Shown here piece by piece: positions 1-8,114 of a DNA stretch of 35,859 nt. A model generated the notes under the pieces. That model saw only the letters and a list, made by a program, of their open reading frames with translations, made no database searches and was not told the DNA's origin. The stretch spans positions 1 through 35,859 of the IMG/VR virus record IMGVR_UViG_3300027265_000050. The stretch is one strand, 5' to 3'. The stretch comes from a virus (lineage: Duplodnaviria; Caudoviricetes). How positions within the stretch are numbered: position 1 is the stretch's first letter; each line of letters begins with the position of its first letter. Both the position numbers and the translations under genes were made by a program.

Positions 1-105
1 TCAGCGTATTAATACAATTGTAACCCCTAAATTGAGCGAAAAGGGTATATATGCCATTAAAACAATAGATTTTTTGGCACCGGGAAGCATGTGCCTATAC
101 TTTTT

Positions 106-492
106 TTAAGCAGTTTGCGAATAGTTAGAATTTTTATCCGCTGATTTTTTCTCCAGGGATGTTATTTTTTCTTTTTGCTCTTCAACCTTGTCCTTTAATA
201 AGGAAATTATAGTATCCTTATCTATACACCTGGGACAAGATGTATTATATTTTACTTCTGGTTCTGAAACCATATTATCTGAAAACATTTCGCCTTTACC
301 TCTGAATAGCCAATTTGCATTTAATTCAGGATATTTTAATAGTATTTTTGATATATTTTCGAGTGATAATGATCCCCTTTTACGTGCTTTTCCGATAATA
401 CCATTAGAAATACCTGTCTCAACGGTAATTTTATTATCGTTTAATCCCTTGTATTTCATAAAGTTATCCAAGCGAGAAAAAAAATCTATCAT
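106..492 (-). CDS. Phage repressor (XRE-type HTH), 128 aa; start moved to MIDFFSRL (ATG at 492-490)
   Basis: RLDNFMKYKGLNDNKITVETGISNGIIGKARKRGSLSLENISKILLKYPELNANWLFRGKG is an HTH ending in the repressor-typical WLxxGxG motif; divergent from the early operon. Confidence 0.85.
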   Translation of the reverse strand: MIDFFSRLDNFMKYKGLNDNKITVETGISNGIIGKARKRGSLSLENISKILLKYPELNANWLFRGKGEMFSDNMVSEPEVKYNTSCPRCIDKDTIISLLKDKVEEQKEKITSLEKKSADKNSNYSQTA

Positions 493-531
493 TTTTTCTA
501 TATAAATTGTAGAAATGTAGCAATATTGATA

Positions 532-539
532 TATATTTG
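532..539 (+). promoter_or_regulatory. Bacteroidota -7 promoter element TATATTTG (early/lytic promoter)
   Basis: Matches TAnnTTTG, about 35 nt upstream of the ATG at 575. Confidence 0.6.
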
Positions 540-555
540 TTGTCATTAAACAACA

Positions 556-563
556 CAAAGTTA
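556..563 (-). promoter_or_regulatory. Bacteroidota -7 promoter element TAACTTTG (repressor promoter)
   Basis: The + strand reads CAAAGTTA; it points toward the repressor start at 492. Confidence 0.55.
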
Positions 564-574
564 AGTAACAATTT

Positions 575-775
575 ATGGAATCAACACAAATAGTAAAAAA
601 AAGACAAAACAGTGACTTTGCCACTCTGGCAAAAATGCTGGGTATAAGCTACGCAGCTGCCCAAATGAGATTTTACCGGCATAATGAGGAGGCAATGGAA
701 ATGATGCTAAAAATAGTTGAGGCGAAAGAAAGCCTGATCAATGAGAATAGTCCCAAAGAAAGTACTAATCAATAA
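575..775 (+). CDS. Ner/Cro-like small HTH regulator
   Basis: 66 aa with HTH-like FATLAKMLGISYAAAQMR; first gene divergent from the repressor. Confidence 0.7.
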   Translation: MESTQIVKKRQNSDFATLAKMLGISYAAAQMRFYRHNEEAMEMMLKIVEAKESLINENSPKESTNQ

Positions 776-780
776 ATGAC

Positions 781-1101
781 ATGCCAATGGAAAACATTGA
801 TCCAATTATAAACAACATTTTAGTGAACATTGATAACCTGGTAGATATAGTTGAATTAGGCTATAAACAACTGAAAGAGAATGAGGATAAATTGGAGGTT
901 GAAATTAAACATCTAAATAAACTAACAAAAATGGCACACGAACTAACAATTAAGCAGGGTAAGACGAGAATCGTAAAAAGTATTGCTGAGCTTGAAAAAA
1001 TAGTAAGCAATATAAAAGCAAGGCAGGCAAAGCTACCAGCTGAAACTGAGCTGAACATTTTTATAATGACCGCGGAAATTACTTCTTCAGAATCTTGTTG
1101 A
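781..1101 (+). CDS. Hypothetical coiled-coil protein
   Basis: 106-aa ORF directly after the Ner-like gene; heptad-like composition. Confidence 0.55.
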   Translation: MPMENIDPIINNILVNIDNLVDIVELGYKQLKENEDKLEVEIKHLNKLTKMAHELTIKQGKTRIVKSIAELEKIVSNIKARQAKLPAETELNIFIMTAEITSSESC

Positions 1102-1300
1102 TTTCATCAACCAGGTGTTTACGGCCAGCCTCTGCAAGCAGCTCTTTATACTTACCCGAAACAGTTCTCTTAAAATTTTCGCAACATGCAGTTATTTTCA
1201 AAGTATCACCTCTTACAGACACTTTAGGGTGATCATTATGCTCAGGGCAGCGAAGTCCTTCAAGCTTTCTCTTTAGTTCAAATGAATCAATAACACTCAT
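1079..1300 (-). CDS. Small Cys/His-containing accessory protein, antisense to the early operon
   Basis: 73 aa with CPEH...CC; own TACATTTG motif on the - strand at 1328-1335. Confidence 0.7.
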   Translation of the reverse strand: MSVIDSFELKRKLEGLRCPEHNDHPKVSVRGDTLKITACCENFKRTVSGKYKELLAEAGRKHLVDEINKILKK

Positions 1301-1340
1301 AACACTACATTTTAAGGTTTAGCAACACAAATGTAGCAAA

Positions 1341-1387
1341 TTCCCGGAGCCGAGCATGAGCAGCTGGATCGAATCAGCCTCCGGGAA
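1341..1387 (+). other. Stem-loop with T-arm-like hairpin upstream of the transposase
   Basis: TTCCCGGAG / CTCCGGGAA (9 bp) enclosing GCTG-GATCGAAT-CAGC. Confidence 0.6.
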
Positions 1388-1413
1388 CAATTAGCAACAA
1401 AAACAAAATAGCA

Positions 1414-3465
1414 ATGGAATTTTACAACGGAACGCTATGTATACCTGCCAACGAGTACTACCACCAGTACGACGGTAAAAAGCCCGGCAAAGGTAAAGTT
1501 GTTAAAGAAAATTACGTGCCGTATGGTACTTACCTCAGACAATCTCAAGCTAAGTTGAGAATAGTTAGAAAAGGTGGTGGAAAAGCAAATCCGGCCCTTA
1601 TTGATTTTGAAAGCATACCGATGGAGACGCGCATGAAGGTGCGTAAGGATAACCCTAAGGCTGAGAAAGAAGCTTCAGAAAAGCCACTATACACGCTGGT
1701 GAAGAAAGATTATAAGGCGGTGCAGTTTTATATTGACTTCCGGTTTCCGGACGGTTCGGAAATATCGACAGAGCGGAAAGATAACATACTGCTATGGAGC
1801 AATAACGCCGCTATAATGAATGCGCTGGTTGATATGTATCGGGATCACGTAAAGGCCAGGGCAAAACTTGGAAAAGGACCGCTTAAAAAAGATTTTTTTA
1901 CAAATGCCGCAAGTGCACTGTACTCTGAAAAGCTGAACGAGGAATTCCCGAACAACCTGCCACGTAACCAAGTGAGATTACAGCAAAAATTTGAGTTGTA
2001 CAAGGATATCCAATATATGGCTTTTGTTAAAAATAATGAATCGAAAAATAATGCCATCAAGATCAATGCTAAGATTTTTAACCTGTTACAAATATTGTCA
2101 ACCCTACCAACACGGCCTTACAATACAACTGTTAACGAAATGTATATAAAGTTTATGCAGGGCCGACTAGAAGTTGTGAATGCGAAGACCGGAGAGCAAT
2201 ACCTTCCTCAGGATTATCTGAATGAAAAAGGAGATATTGTAACATTTACCGATCAGGCCATAAACCAGCGATTGAATAAACCCGGTACCCAGGTTATAAT
2301 TGACAAAAAGCGCATGGGTGCAAAGGACTTTAACGATTTACACAGGCCTCACCATCACCGACACAGCCCAGAGCTCAGCTTCAGTAAGATTTCACTGGAT
2401 GACAGGGATCTTGTGTGGAAGGATTCGGATAGCGAAAAGCGTGTAAAGGCTTACTATGCTTACGACGTTGCAAGCGGTTGCCGGGTAGGATCCTCTTACT
2501 CGATGACAAAGGATGAAACACTGTTCCTGGACTGCCTACGCGATATGTTTGTATTTATCGACCGGCACAGTTTCGGGATCCCGCTTGAGGTGGAAGTTGA
2601 GCATCACCTAGTGAACAAGTTTTTTGATGATCTGGCTATAATGTTTCCATACCTGACTATTTGTGCAGCCGGTAACTCTCAACAGAAACGTGCTGAGCAT
2701 TTTAACAGGGCTGTGAAGTACCAGGTTGAAAAGAACAATCATCCCGGCATTGGACGCTGGTGGCTGAAGAGCAAATATAACCGGGTTTCGCTCGAGCGGG
2801 TAGGCGATGATTTTAAAATGCAAATGAAACCGGTTGACCGGCTTATAGCTGATGACATTTTAGATACTATTGAGTATAACTACTCTTTGCATAAGAACCA
2901 GAAAAAGTATCCGGGCATGACACGCATGGACGTGTTACTCGAAAACCTGAACCCAGCACTTCCAAAATTCAACAAGCAATACATTTACCGTTACATCGGA
3001 TTTAAACAGGTTACCACCATAACCCGGAGCCAGTATATTCAGGTTCAATATGCCAAATATGGCTTACCAAGCCCGGCAGTTCTCGACAAACTTGCATCCA
3101 ATAACCGCGAAGTTGAGGCTTATTATATGCCTGATGAGGAAGGATCCATTCCTGAAGTATATCTATACCAGAATGACAAGTTCATTTGCACCTGTGCCCG
3201 GATAGAGACTTATAACGAGGCTAAGGCTGAATTTACCGAGCTGGATGAAAAAGCAATGGTTGAGCAGGCTAAATACATTGCCAAGTTCGACAAGTTTGTG
3301 AAGGATGGTGTAGCCGAATTGCCACAGGTGGAAGTAATGAAGCCTAACAAGAATTTTGACCAGGTACCGGCAGCTGAAGTAATGACCGAAGCACGCAGGG
3401 AAGTTAAAGTAAAACCCGCCAGTACCGACTACTCACAAAAAGCAATAGACGACTATTTTAATTAA
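1414..3465 (+). CDS. Mu-type DDE transposase (MuA-like)
   Basis: 683 aa; integrase-core motifs ISLDDRD, YAYDVASG, QKRAEHFN; followed by an AAA ATPase as in Mu A/B. Confidence 0.88.
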   Translation: MEFYNGTLCIPANEYYHQYDGKKPGKGKVVKENYVPYGTYLRQSQAKLRIVRKGGGKANPALIDFESIPMETRMKVRKDNPKAEKEASEKPLYTLVKKDYKAVQFYIDFRFPDGSEISTERKDNILLWSNNAAIMNALVDMYRDHVKARAKLGKGPLKKDFFTNAASALYSEKLNEEFPNNLPRNQVRLQQKFELYKDIQYMAFVKNNESKNNAIKINAKIFNLLQILSTLPTRPYNTTVNEMYIKFMQGRLEVVNAKTGEQYLPQDYLNEKGDIVTFTDQAINQRLNKPGTQVIIDKKRMGAKDFNDLHRPHHHRHSPELSFSKISLDDRDLVWKDSDSEKRVKAYYAYDVASGCRVGSSYSMTKDETLFLDCLRDMFVFIDRHSFGIPLEVEVEHHLVNKFFDDLAIMFPYLTICAAGNSQQKRAEHFNRAVKYQVEKNNHPGIGRWWLKSKYNRVSLERVGDDFKMQMKPVDRLIADDILDTIEYNYSLHKNQKKYPGMTRMDVLLENLNPALPKFNKQYIYRYIGFKQVTTITRSQYIQVQYAKYGLPSPAVLDKLASNNREVEAYYMPDEEGSIPEVYLYQNDKFICTCARIETYNEAKAEFTELDEKAMVEQAKYIAKFDKFVKDGVAELPQVEVMKPNKNFDQVPAAEVMTEARREVKVKPASTDYSQKAIDDYFN

Positions 3466-3485
3466 TCATTAATCCCTATTTAAAA

Positions 3486-4379
3486 ATGATTTCAATCGAA
3501 TTTAAACAACGTGTAATTGATCAGCTGAAAGCGGCTGAGAAAACATCGGGACTAAGTGCTCAGCGTTTTGCTACGAGCGTAAATATTAATCCCTCGCAAT
3601 GGTCGCGCATTAAGAACGGCGATATAGACGGCGTTCTTTCGGATGCCAGGTATATAAGCCTGGGCCGTGAGCTTAATATACCTGTAGGAACTCAGCCACA
3701 ATGGGTAACCGTACAAACGGCAACTTTCCAGTATATGAATACACTGCTGGATACCTGTCACCGGCAGTGCATAAGTACTTTGCTGGTCGACCTATCGGAT
3801 ATCGGCAAATCGCACGTGTGTAAGTATTACGCCAGGGAAAACCGTAACGCAATTTACATCGACTGCTCGCAGGTGAAATCGCGCCAGCTGTTTGTTCGTG
3901 AAATTGCCCGGCTGTTTGGAAGCAACCATACCGGAAAGTATGCGGATGTGTACAAGGACCTGATTTACTACCTGAACTCCATCGATGACCGGTCCATAAT
4001 TATCCTGGATGAAGCCGGTGACCTGAAGTATGATGCCTTCCTTGAGATAAAAGCATTGTGGAATGCTACCGAAGGCAATGTGGGCTGGTTTATGACCGGT
4101 GCCGATGGATTACAGTCGAAAATAGAGCGGTCCATCCGTTGCGTAAAAGTTGGATACACCGAAATTTTCAGGCGTTTCGGTAGCCAGTACCGCAGGGTTA
4201 CACCTGGTGGAAAAGAAGCCCTGGAATCATTTAAATACGATCAGATTGCACAGGTGGCAGTGGCTAATGCTCCAGCCGGAACCGACATACAGAAACTGGT
4301 TAAAGCCAGCCGGTTCAGCCTGACTAATCTGCACAATATGATCAAGGTTTTAAACTCACAAAAAGCAAAAGCAGCATAA
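3486..4379 (+). CDS. MuB-like transposition AAA+ ATPase with N-terminal HTH
   Basis: N-terminal HTH (SAQRFATSVNINPSQWSRIKNG), Walker A variant DLSDIGKS, Walker B IIILDEAG. Confidence 0.88.
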   Translation: MISIEFKQRVIDQLKAAEKTSGLSAQRFATSVNINPSQWSRIKNGDIDGVLSDARYISLGRELNIPVGTQPQWVTVQTATFQYMNTLLDTCHRQCISTLLVDLSDIGKSHVCKYYARENRNAIYIDCSQVKSRQLFVREIARLFGSNHTGKYADVYKDLIYYLNSIDDRSIIILDEAGDLKYDAFLEIKALWNATEGNVGWFMTGADGLQSKIERSIRCVKVGYTEIFRRFGSQYRRVTPGGKEALESFKYDQIAQVAVANAPAGTDIQKLVKASRFSLTNLHNMIKVLNSQKAKAA

Positions 4380-4391
4380 CTACTGGAGTGC

Positions 4392-5042
4392 ATGGATAGG
4401 ATACAAAGGGCTTGCTCAGTTGATAACGTACTTAATGCAAAATTTAAAGGAATTCAGTTTGATGGGCAATGGTACGAAGCAATAGGACACCCTGAGTATG
4501 GTAAAAGCTGGATCGTTTACGGACACTCCGGATCGGGAAAAACAACCTTCCTGATGCAATTAATGAAGTACTTGAGCCAGTTTGACAAAGTAATATATAA
4601 TTCGCTTGAGGAATGGCCCAGCAAAGGAATACAGGACGCATACAGGCGGGTAGGATTAACAAACGGAATGCCGGTGTTGATGGTGGGAGAAAGCATGGAC
4701 GACTTTACAAAGAGAATGAAGCGCAAGCGAAGCCCACGTATCATGATCGTTGACTCAATTAAGTATACCAAATTCAGGTGGGAAGACTACCAGGATTTTT
4801 GCAATGAGTTTCCGAATCATATTAAAATATGGGTGGGGCATGCAATGGGAAAGGAGCCGAAAGGCGCACTGGCTGACGACATACGATACGACTCATCTGT
4901 GAAAATATACACTGAAGGATACCGGGCACATATAACAAGCCGGTACTCCGAAACCGGGAAGGGCACTATTGATATCTGGCCTGAACAGGCAAAAATTTAC
5001 TACGCTGAGATAAATGACGATAATCAACAATCAAACAAATAA
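4392..5042 (+). CDS. Second P-loop ATPase (RecA/Sms-like fold)
   Basis: Walker A GHSGSGKT, YNSLEE, Walker B IMIVDS. Confidence 0.8.
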   Translation: MDRIQRACSVDNVLNAKFKGIQFDGQWYEAIGHPEYGKSWIVYGHSGSGKTTFLMQLMKYLSQFDKVIYNSLEEWPSKGIQDAYRRVGLTNGMPVLMVGESMDDFTKRMKRKRSPRIMIVDSIKYTKFRWEDYQDFCNEFPNHIKIWVGHAMGKEPKGALADDIRYDSSVKIYTEGYRAHITSRYSETGKGTIDIWPEQAKIYYAEINDDNQQSNK

Positions 5043-5046
5043 CAAT

Positions 5047-5229
5047 ATGTCAAATACAGAAAGCATATTCATGCAAATGCACAATGGTACTTGTACTGGC
5101 GAAGGATCATTCAATGTGGCACTTAAAGGGTTATTCTATATAGCTAGCCACTCTAACAGAATTAAGCTGGTGAAAGCCTTCCCGGAATTTTTCGGGATAG
5201 AGGTTCCGGAATTTGATATATATAAATAG
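5047..5229 (+). CDS. Hypothetical small early protein
   Basis: Fills the gap between 5042 and 5238; likely start MSNTES at 5047. Confidence 0.55.
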   Translation: MSNTESIFMQMHNGTCTGEGSFNVALKGLFYIASHSNRIKLVKAFPEFFGIEVPEFDIYK

Positions 5230-5237
5230 GCGGAGCC

Positions 5238-5831
5238 ATGAAAACAAAAACCCTCACCTACAACTACGATCCCGACAGCCGGCAGCTTACCATACTGCTG
5301 GACGGGAAACCGCGAGGTGGATTTATAGGCCCGGAAGGGGAAAAGAGATTTCTATCTCTCCTTGACACAGACGCGCAAATTAACATTACAGCCATGACAG
5401 CAGAAGCATTTAAGAAAGTATTGATACGCCAATTTCATGCGGCCCTTGCCGGTGGTGGTATTATGGATCACAAGGAATCAATTCTAGCTGGTTACGGTGC
5501 TGATTCAACCTCTGAACTCACCATTGACCAGTTGAAGGAAGTCGTGGCAATATACTCCGGTCGCAAACCCGTGAAATCCGTTGAAGTAACTCCGGAAGTT
5601 CGTGCAATGCGCTCCGAGCTCCTTACCATCTGCAATAAGATGGGCATTTATGTAACCAACGACGACTGGAGCGCGGTTAACCACTTCTTTGAAAGCCCCC
5701 GGATTGCGGGTAAGAAATTAAACAAGCTAACACTGGAGGAGATCACTGCCCTGGTGCCTAAGATGCGATCAATACTTACAAAGTACATGAAGAACCAGAA
5801 AGAAATCACACGCCAAAAACTCGAGAACTAA
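5238..5831 (+). CDS. Mu-like early protein, possibly GemA/gp16-like
   Basis: Repeated S/L-x-x-L-T-x-x-E/Q-L/I helical motifs (STSELTIDQL, LNKLTLEEI) and its position in the early operon. Confidence 0.5.
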   Translation: MKTKTLTYNYDPDSRQLTILLDGKPRGGFIGPEGEKRFLSLLDTDAQINITAMTAEAFKKVLIRQFHAALAGGGIMDHKESILAGYGADSTSELTIDQLKEVVAIYSGRKPVKSVEVTPEVRAMRSELLTICNKMGIYVTNDDWSAVNHFFESPRIAGKKLNKLTLEEITALVPKMRSILTKYMKNQKEITRQKLEN

Positions 5832-6004
5832 TGGCAGTAACCGAAAAACCCCTCATTAAAACTGAAAACATCGACATATGCCGGAACTGCCGCGGCACCG
5901 GAAATCTGAAATATCCCAGCCATGTTACCAAATGCGATGTATGCGACGGACACGGCAGGGTGCTGGTAAAGAAAGAAATTAAAATCACAATAGAAACACT
6001 TTAA
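5831..6004 (+). CDS. 57-aa DnaJ-type zinc-finger protein (missing from the ORF track)
   Basis: MAVTEKPLIKTENIDICRNCRGTGNLKYPSHVTKCDVCDGHGRVLVKKEIKITIETL has two CxxCxGxG motifs; TAATG coupling with the upstream gene. Confidence 0.8.
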   Translation: MAVTEKPLIKTENIDICRNCRGTGNLKYPSHVTKCDVCDGHGRVLVKKEIKITIETL

Positions 6005-6014
6005 TCTTTAAAAA

Positions 6015-6647
6015 ATGATATACACTACAAAAGACCAATTTTGGGCAGATGAAACCGGGCATAAGGTTAGCCTGAAGTACATCACCCCCTCAGCTCGCCT
6101 GCGCGAACGCAACGCGGCAGCAATTCTTAAAAATGCCTTGTCCTTAAATAAGTCGCTTATTGCTTTTAAGAAAAAAATGAATCAGCTATGCGATGAAGCC
6201 TATGCAAAAACACTCGAAGAATTAAACGCCAGGGGAAGCACAGTCGGTAAAGGAAACTTTAACTGGTTCAACTTCGACCGCTCAATCAAAATTGAAGTAT
6301 CAATTTCTGACCGTATCACTTTTGACGATCTTACCATTAAAGCAAGTAAAGAGGAATTTGATCTGTATCTCGACGAAAAGTTAAAAAACCTTGCCGATAA
6401 TGACGATGATTTTTTTGCGGACATAGTTCGGGACACGTTTGCCACAACAAAGGGGAATCTCGATGTTAAGAAGGTGCTTTCGATTATGAAGTATAAAAAT
6501 AAGGTTCAAAATCAGCACGCAAAACGGGGGTTTGAGTTAATTACTGAAGCTATCCGACGCCCTGATTCAAAAAGGTACAGCCGAGTTTTTCTGCGCCAGG
6601 AGGACAACAGCTACAAGCTCATCGACCTTAATTTCTCAAGCATATGA
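6015..6647 (+). CDS. DUF3164-like protein of Mu-like phages
   Basis: KGNFNWFNFDRSIKIEVSISDRITFD and C-terminal SKRYSRVFLRQEDNSYKLIDLNFSSI pattern; Gam-like position. Confidence 0.75.
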   Translation: MIYTTKDQFWADETGHKVSLKYITPSARLRERNAAAILKNALSLNKSLIAFKKKMNQLCDEAYAKTLEELNARGSTVGKGNFNWFNFDRSIKIEVSISDRITFDDLTIKASKEEFDLYLDEKLKNLADNDDDFFADIVRDTFATTKGNLDVKKVLSIMKYKNKVQNQHAKRGFELITEAIRRPDSKRYSRVFLRQEDNSYKLIDLNFSSI

Positions 6648-6874
6648 AATGGCATTCATTAGAGGAGCAAATTCAATCGATTAAGGAAATCATGGAGGAC
6701 GCTCAGTATAACATCGATAAATCACGAAGTCCCAAAAGAAAAAGGCAGGCCGAGACAACTTATTCCTTTTTCAGTGCCATAAAAGAAAGCTTATGTAAGC
6801 TTCATATAATGATCCACCCTGCGCCCACTCCACCGGCTGATAGAGATACTAGTAACATGGATTGCGGTGGTTAA
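6644..6874 (+). CDS. Hypothetical protein
   Basis: ATGA overlap with the upstream gene. Confidence 0.6.
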   Translation: MKWHSLEEQIQSIKEIMEDAQYNIDKSRSPKRKRQAETTYSFFSAIKESLCKLHIMIHPAPTPPADRDTSNMDCGG

Positions 6875-6913
6875 ACGCTAATTATTATCTACAGCCGGGA
6901 AAGACCGGCACCC

Positions 6914-7002
6914 GACCGGGTAGTGTAAAGGTAGCACGTAAGACAGAAGACCCAAAATAGGGCAGGGCTCTTACAGAATTGGTTCGAGTCCAGTACCGGT
7001 CA
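6914..7002 (+). ncRNA. tRNA-like RNA / pseudo-tRNA with a 25-nt expanded anticodon loop
   Basis: Acceptor GACCGGG/ACCGGTC, T8A9, D-arm GTGT-AAAGGTA-GCAC, stem TAAGA/TCTTA, T-arm ATTGG-TTCGAGT-CCAGT; no 7-nt anticodon loop and no encoded CCA. Confidence 0.7.
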
Positions 7003-7038
7003 CAAACAAACAAACAAACAAACAAACAAACAAACAAA
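7003..7038 (+). repeat. (CAAA)9 simple sequence repeat
   Basis: Nine perfect tandem CAAA units, counted directly. Confidence 0.95.
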
Positions 7039-7047
7039 GTAAGTAAT

Positions 7048-7692
7048 ATGTGGAAAAGGCGTGACACTATATTACCGGCTGGAATCGACAGGCAGCAAAT
7101 TGCCTCAGCAGGAACGGAGACAATCATAGGATCAATCCTTGAATACTTCGGGTGCACTATATCCGACATCAAAAACCGTAGCCGCAAACTTGACCTCGTT
7201 GTATCCAGGCATATGGCGCATTATTTCCTTACGGTTAATCCGTCGATACCGCTTCGCGAAATGTCATTAGTTACCGGATTCGACCATACTTCGGTTAACC
7301 ACTCACGCAAAGTTGTAGAGGACTGGATGGAAACTGATAAGGGCTTCATGCTAAAAGTACACGCAATAGCGAATTTAATAATCAATAATAAACAAAAACA
7401 AACTATGCAAAGAATTCAAATTGTAGGCAAAGTGACAGGGCTCAACCTGATTGATGCCAAAACGAAGTTCAAGGAATCACAAAATTTCCTTGAGGAGCGG
7501 GGTTACGAGGTAGTAAACCCGATGCAAATTGTGCCTCTGGGTTCCACCTGGCACGAGGCAATGCGCATTTGTGTAAAATCGCTACTCGAGGTTGACGCCA
7601 TAGCCGTACAGGCCGACTGGGTTGATAGTAAAGGTGCACAAGCTGTATACTTGTTAGCAACTACGCTCAACATGAAAATAATTAGGATATGA
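7048..7692 (+). CDS. DnaA domain-IV-like HTH fused in frame to a DUF4406-like (nucleoside deoxyribosyltransferase-like) domain
   Basis: DIKNRSRKLDLVVSRHMAHY...GFDHTSVNHS resembles the DnaA C-terminal HTH; IQIVGKVTG...GYEVVNP...DWVDSKGA resembles DUF4406. Likely start ATG 7048; possible second start at 7405. Confidence 0.75.
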   Translation: MWKRRDTILPAGIDRQQIASAGTETIIGSILEYFGCTISDIKNRSRKLDLVVSRHMAHYFLTVNPSIPLREMSLVTGFDHTSVNHSRKVVEDWMETDKGFMLKVHAIANLIINNKQKQTMQRIQIVGKVTGLNLIDAKTKFKESQNFLEERGYEVVNPMQIVPLGSTWHEAMRICVKSLLEVDAIAVQADWVDSKGAQAVYLLATTLNMKIIRI

Positions 7693-8102
7693 TCTATCAC
7701 ATAACCTCATCCAGTTGGAGCGGATTTATACAAGTTGAGTATAACGAGCTTGGCTACCTGGTAGCGCACGACACTCGTAATGCTGTACTTACTGAAAAAC
7801 AGCAGCAGTGGTTCCTGAATAGGATGCCTCGTGAGCTGTCGGAGTTGCAAAGAGTATTGCAGGGAAGTACCGCAAAAATTGAAGAGGTTAAACAAGAAGT
7901 AAACTTTGATCTCTTCTGGGACAGATACAACGAAAAAGTGCGCAGCTCGAAGAAGAAAGCGCAAATAACCTGGAACCGGTTACCGCCTACGGAGCAAATT
8001 AAAGCCTTCAATTTCATTAAAAAGTATGAGGCTAATATACCAGCAGGCGTAGCGAAAAAGTACGCTGAAACCTACCTGAACGCTGAGTTATGGAACAATT
8101 AA
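7689..8102 (+). CDS. Hypothetical phage protein
   Basis: ATGA coupling; FDLFWDRY..K..SKKKA...WNRL...AETYLN helical motif seen in phage proteins. Confidence 0.7.
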   Translation: MIYHITSSSWSGFIQVEYNELGYLVAHDTRNAVLTEKQQQWFLNRMPRELSELQRVLQGSTAKIEEVKQEVNFDLFWDRYNEKVRSSKKKAQITWNRLPPTEQIKAFNFIKKYEANIPAGVAKKYAETYLNAELWNN

Positions 8103-8114
8103 TCCTAAATCAAT

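Noticed and set aside
1-90. 29-codon - strand ORF (MLPGAKKSIVLMAYIPFSLNLGVTIVLIR) ending at base 1
   Set aside because: Too short and no motif; it may only explain where the window was cut.
493-624. N-terminal 44 aa of the 172-aa repressor ORF
   Set aside because: Overlaps both promoters and the divergent gene; the HTH starts at Met 492.
6914-7002. Functional decoding or suppressor tRNA, or integration-site tRNA
   Set aside because: No 7-nt anticodon loop; the phage integrates by transposition and no att duplication was seen.
6979-7047. Coding TNKQ repeat at the start of the 237-aa ORF
   Set aside because: Its TTG start lies inside the tRNA-like T-arm; ATG 7048 is more plausible, so the SSR is treated as non-coding.
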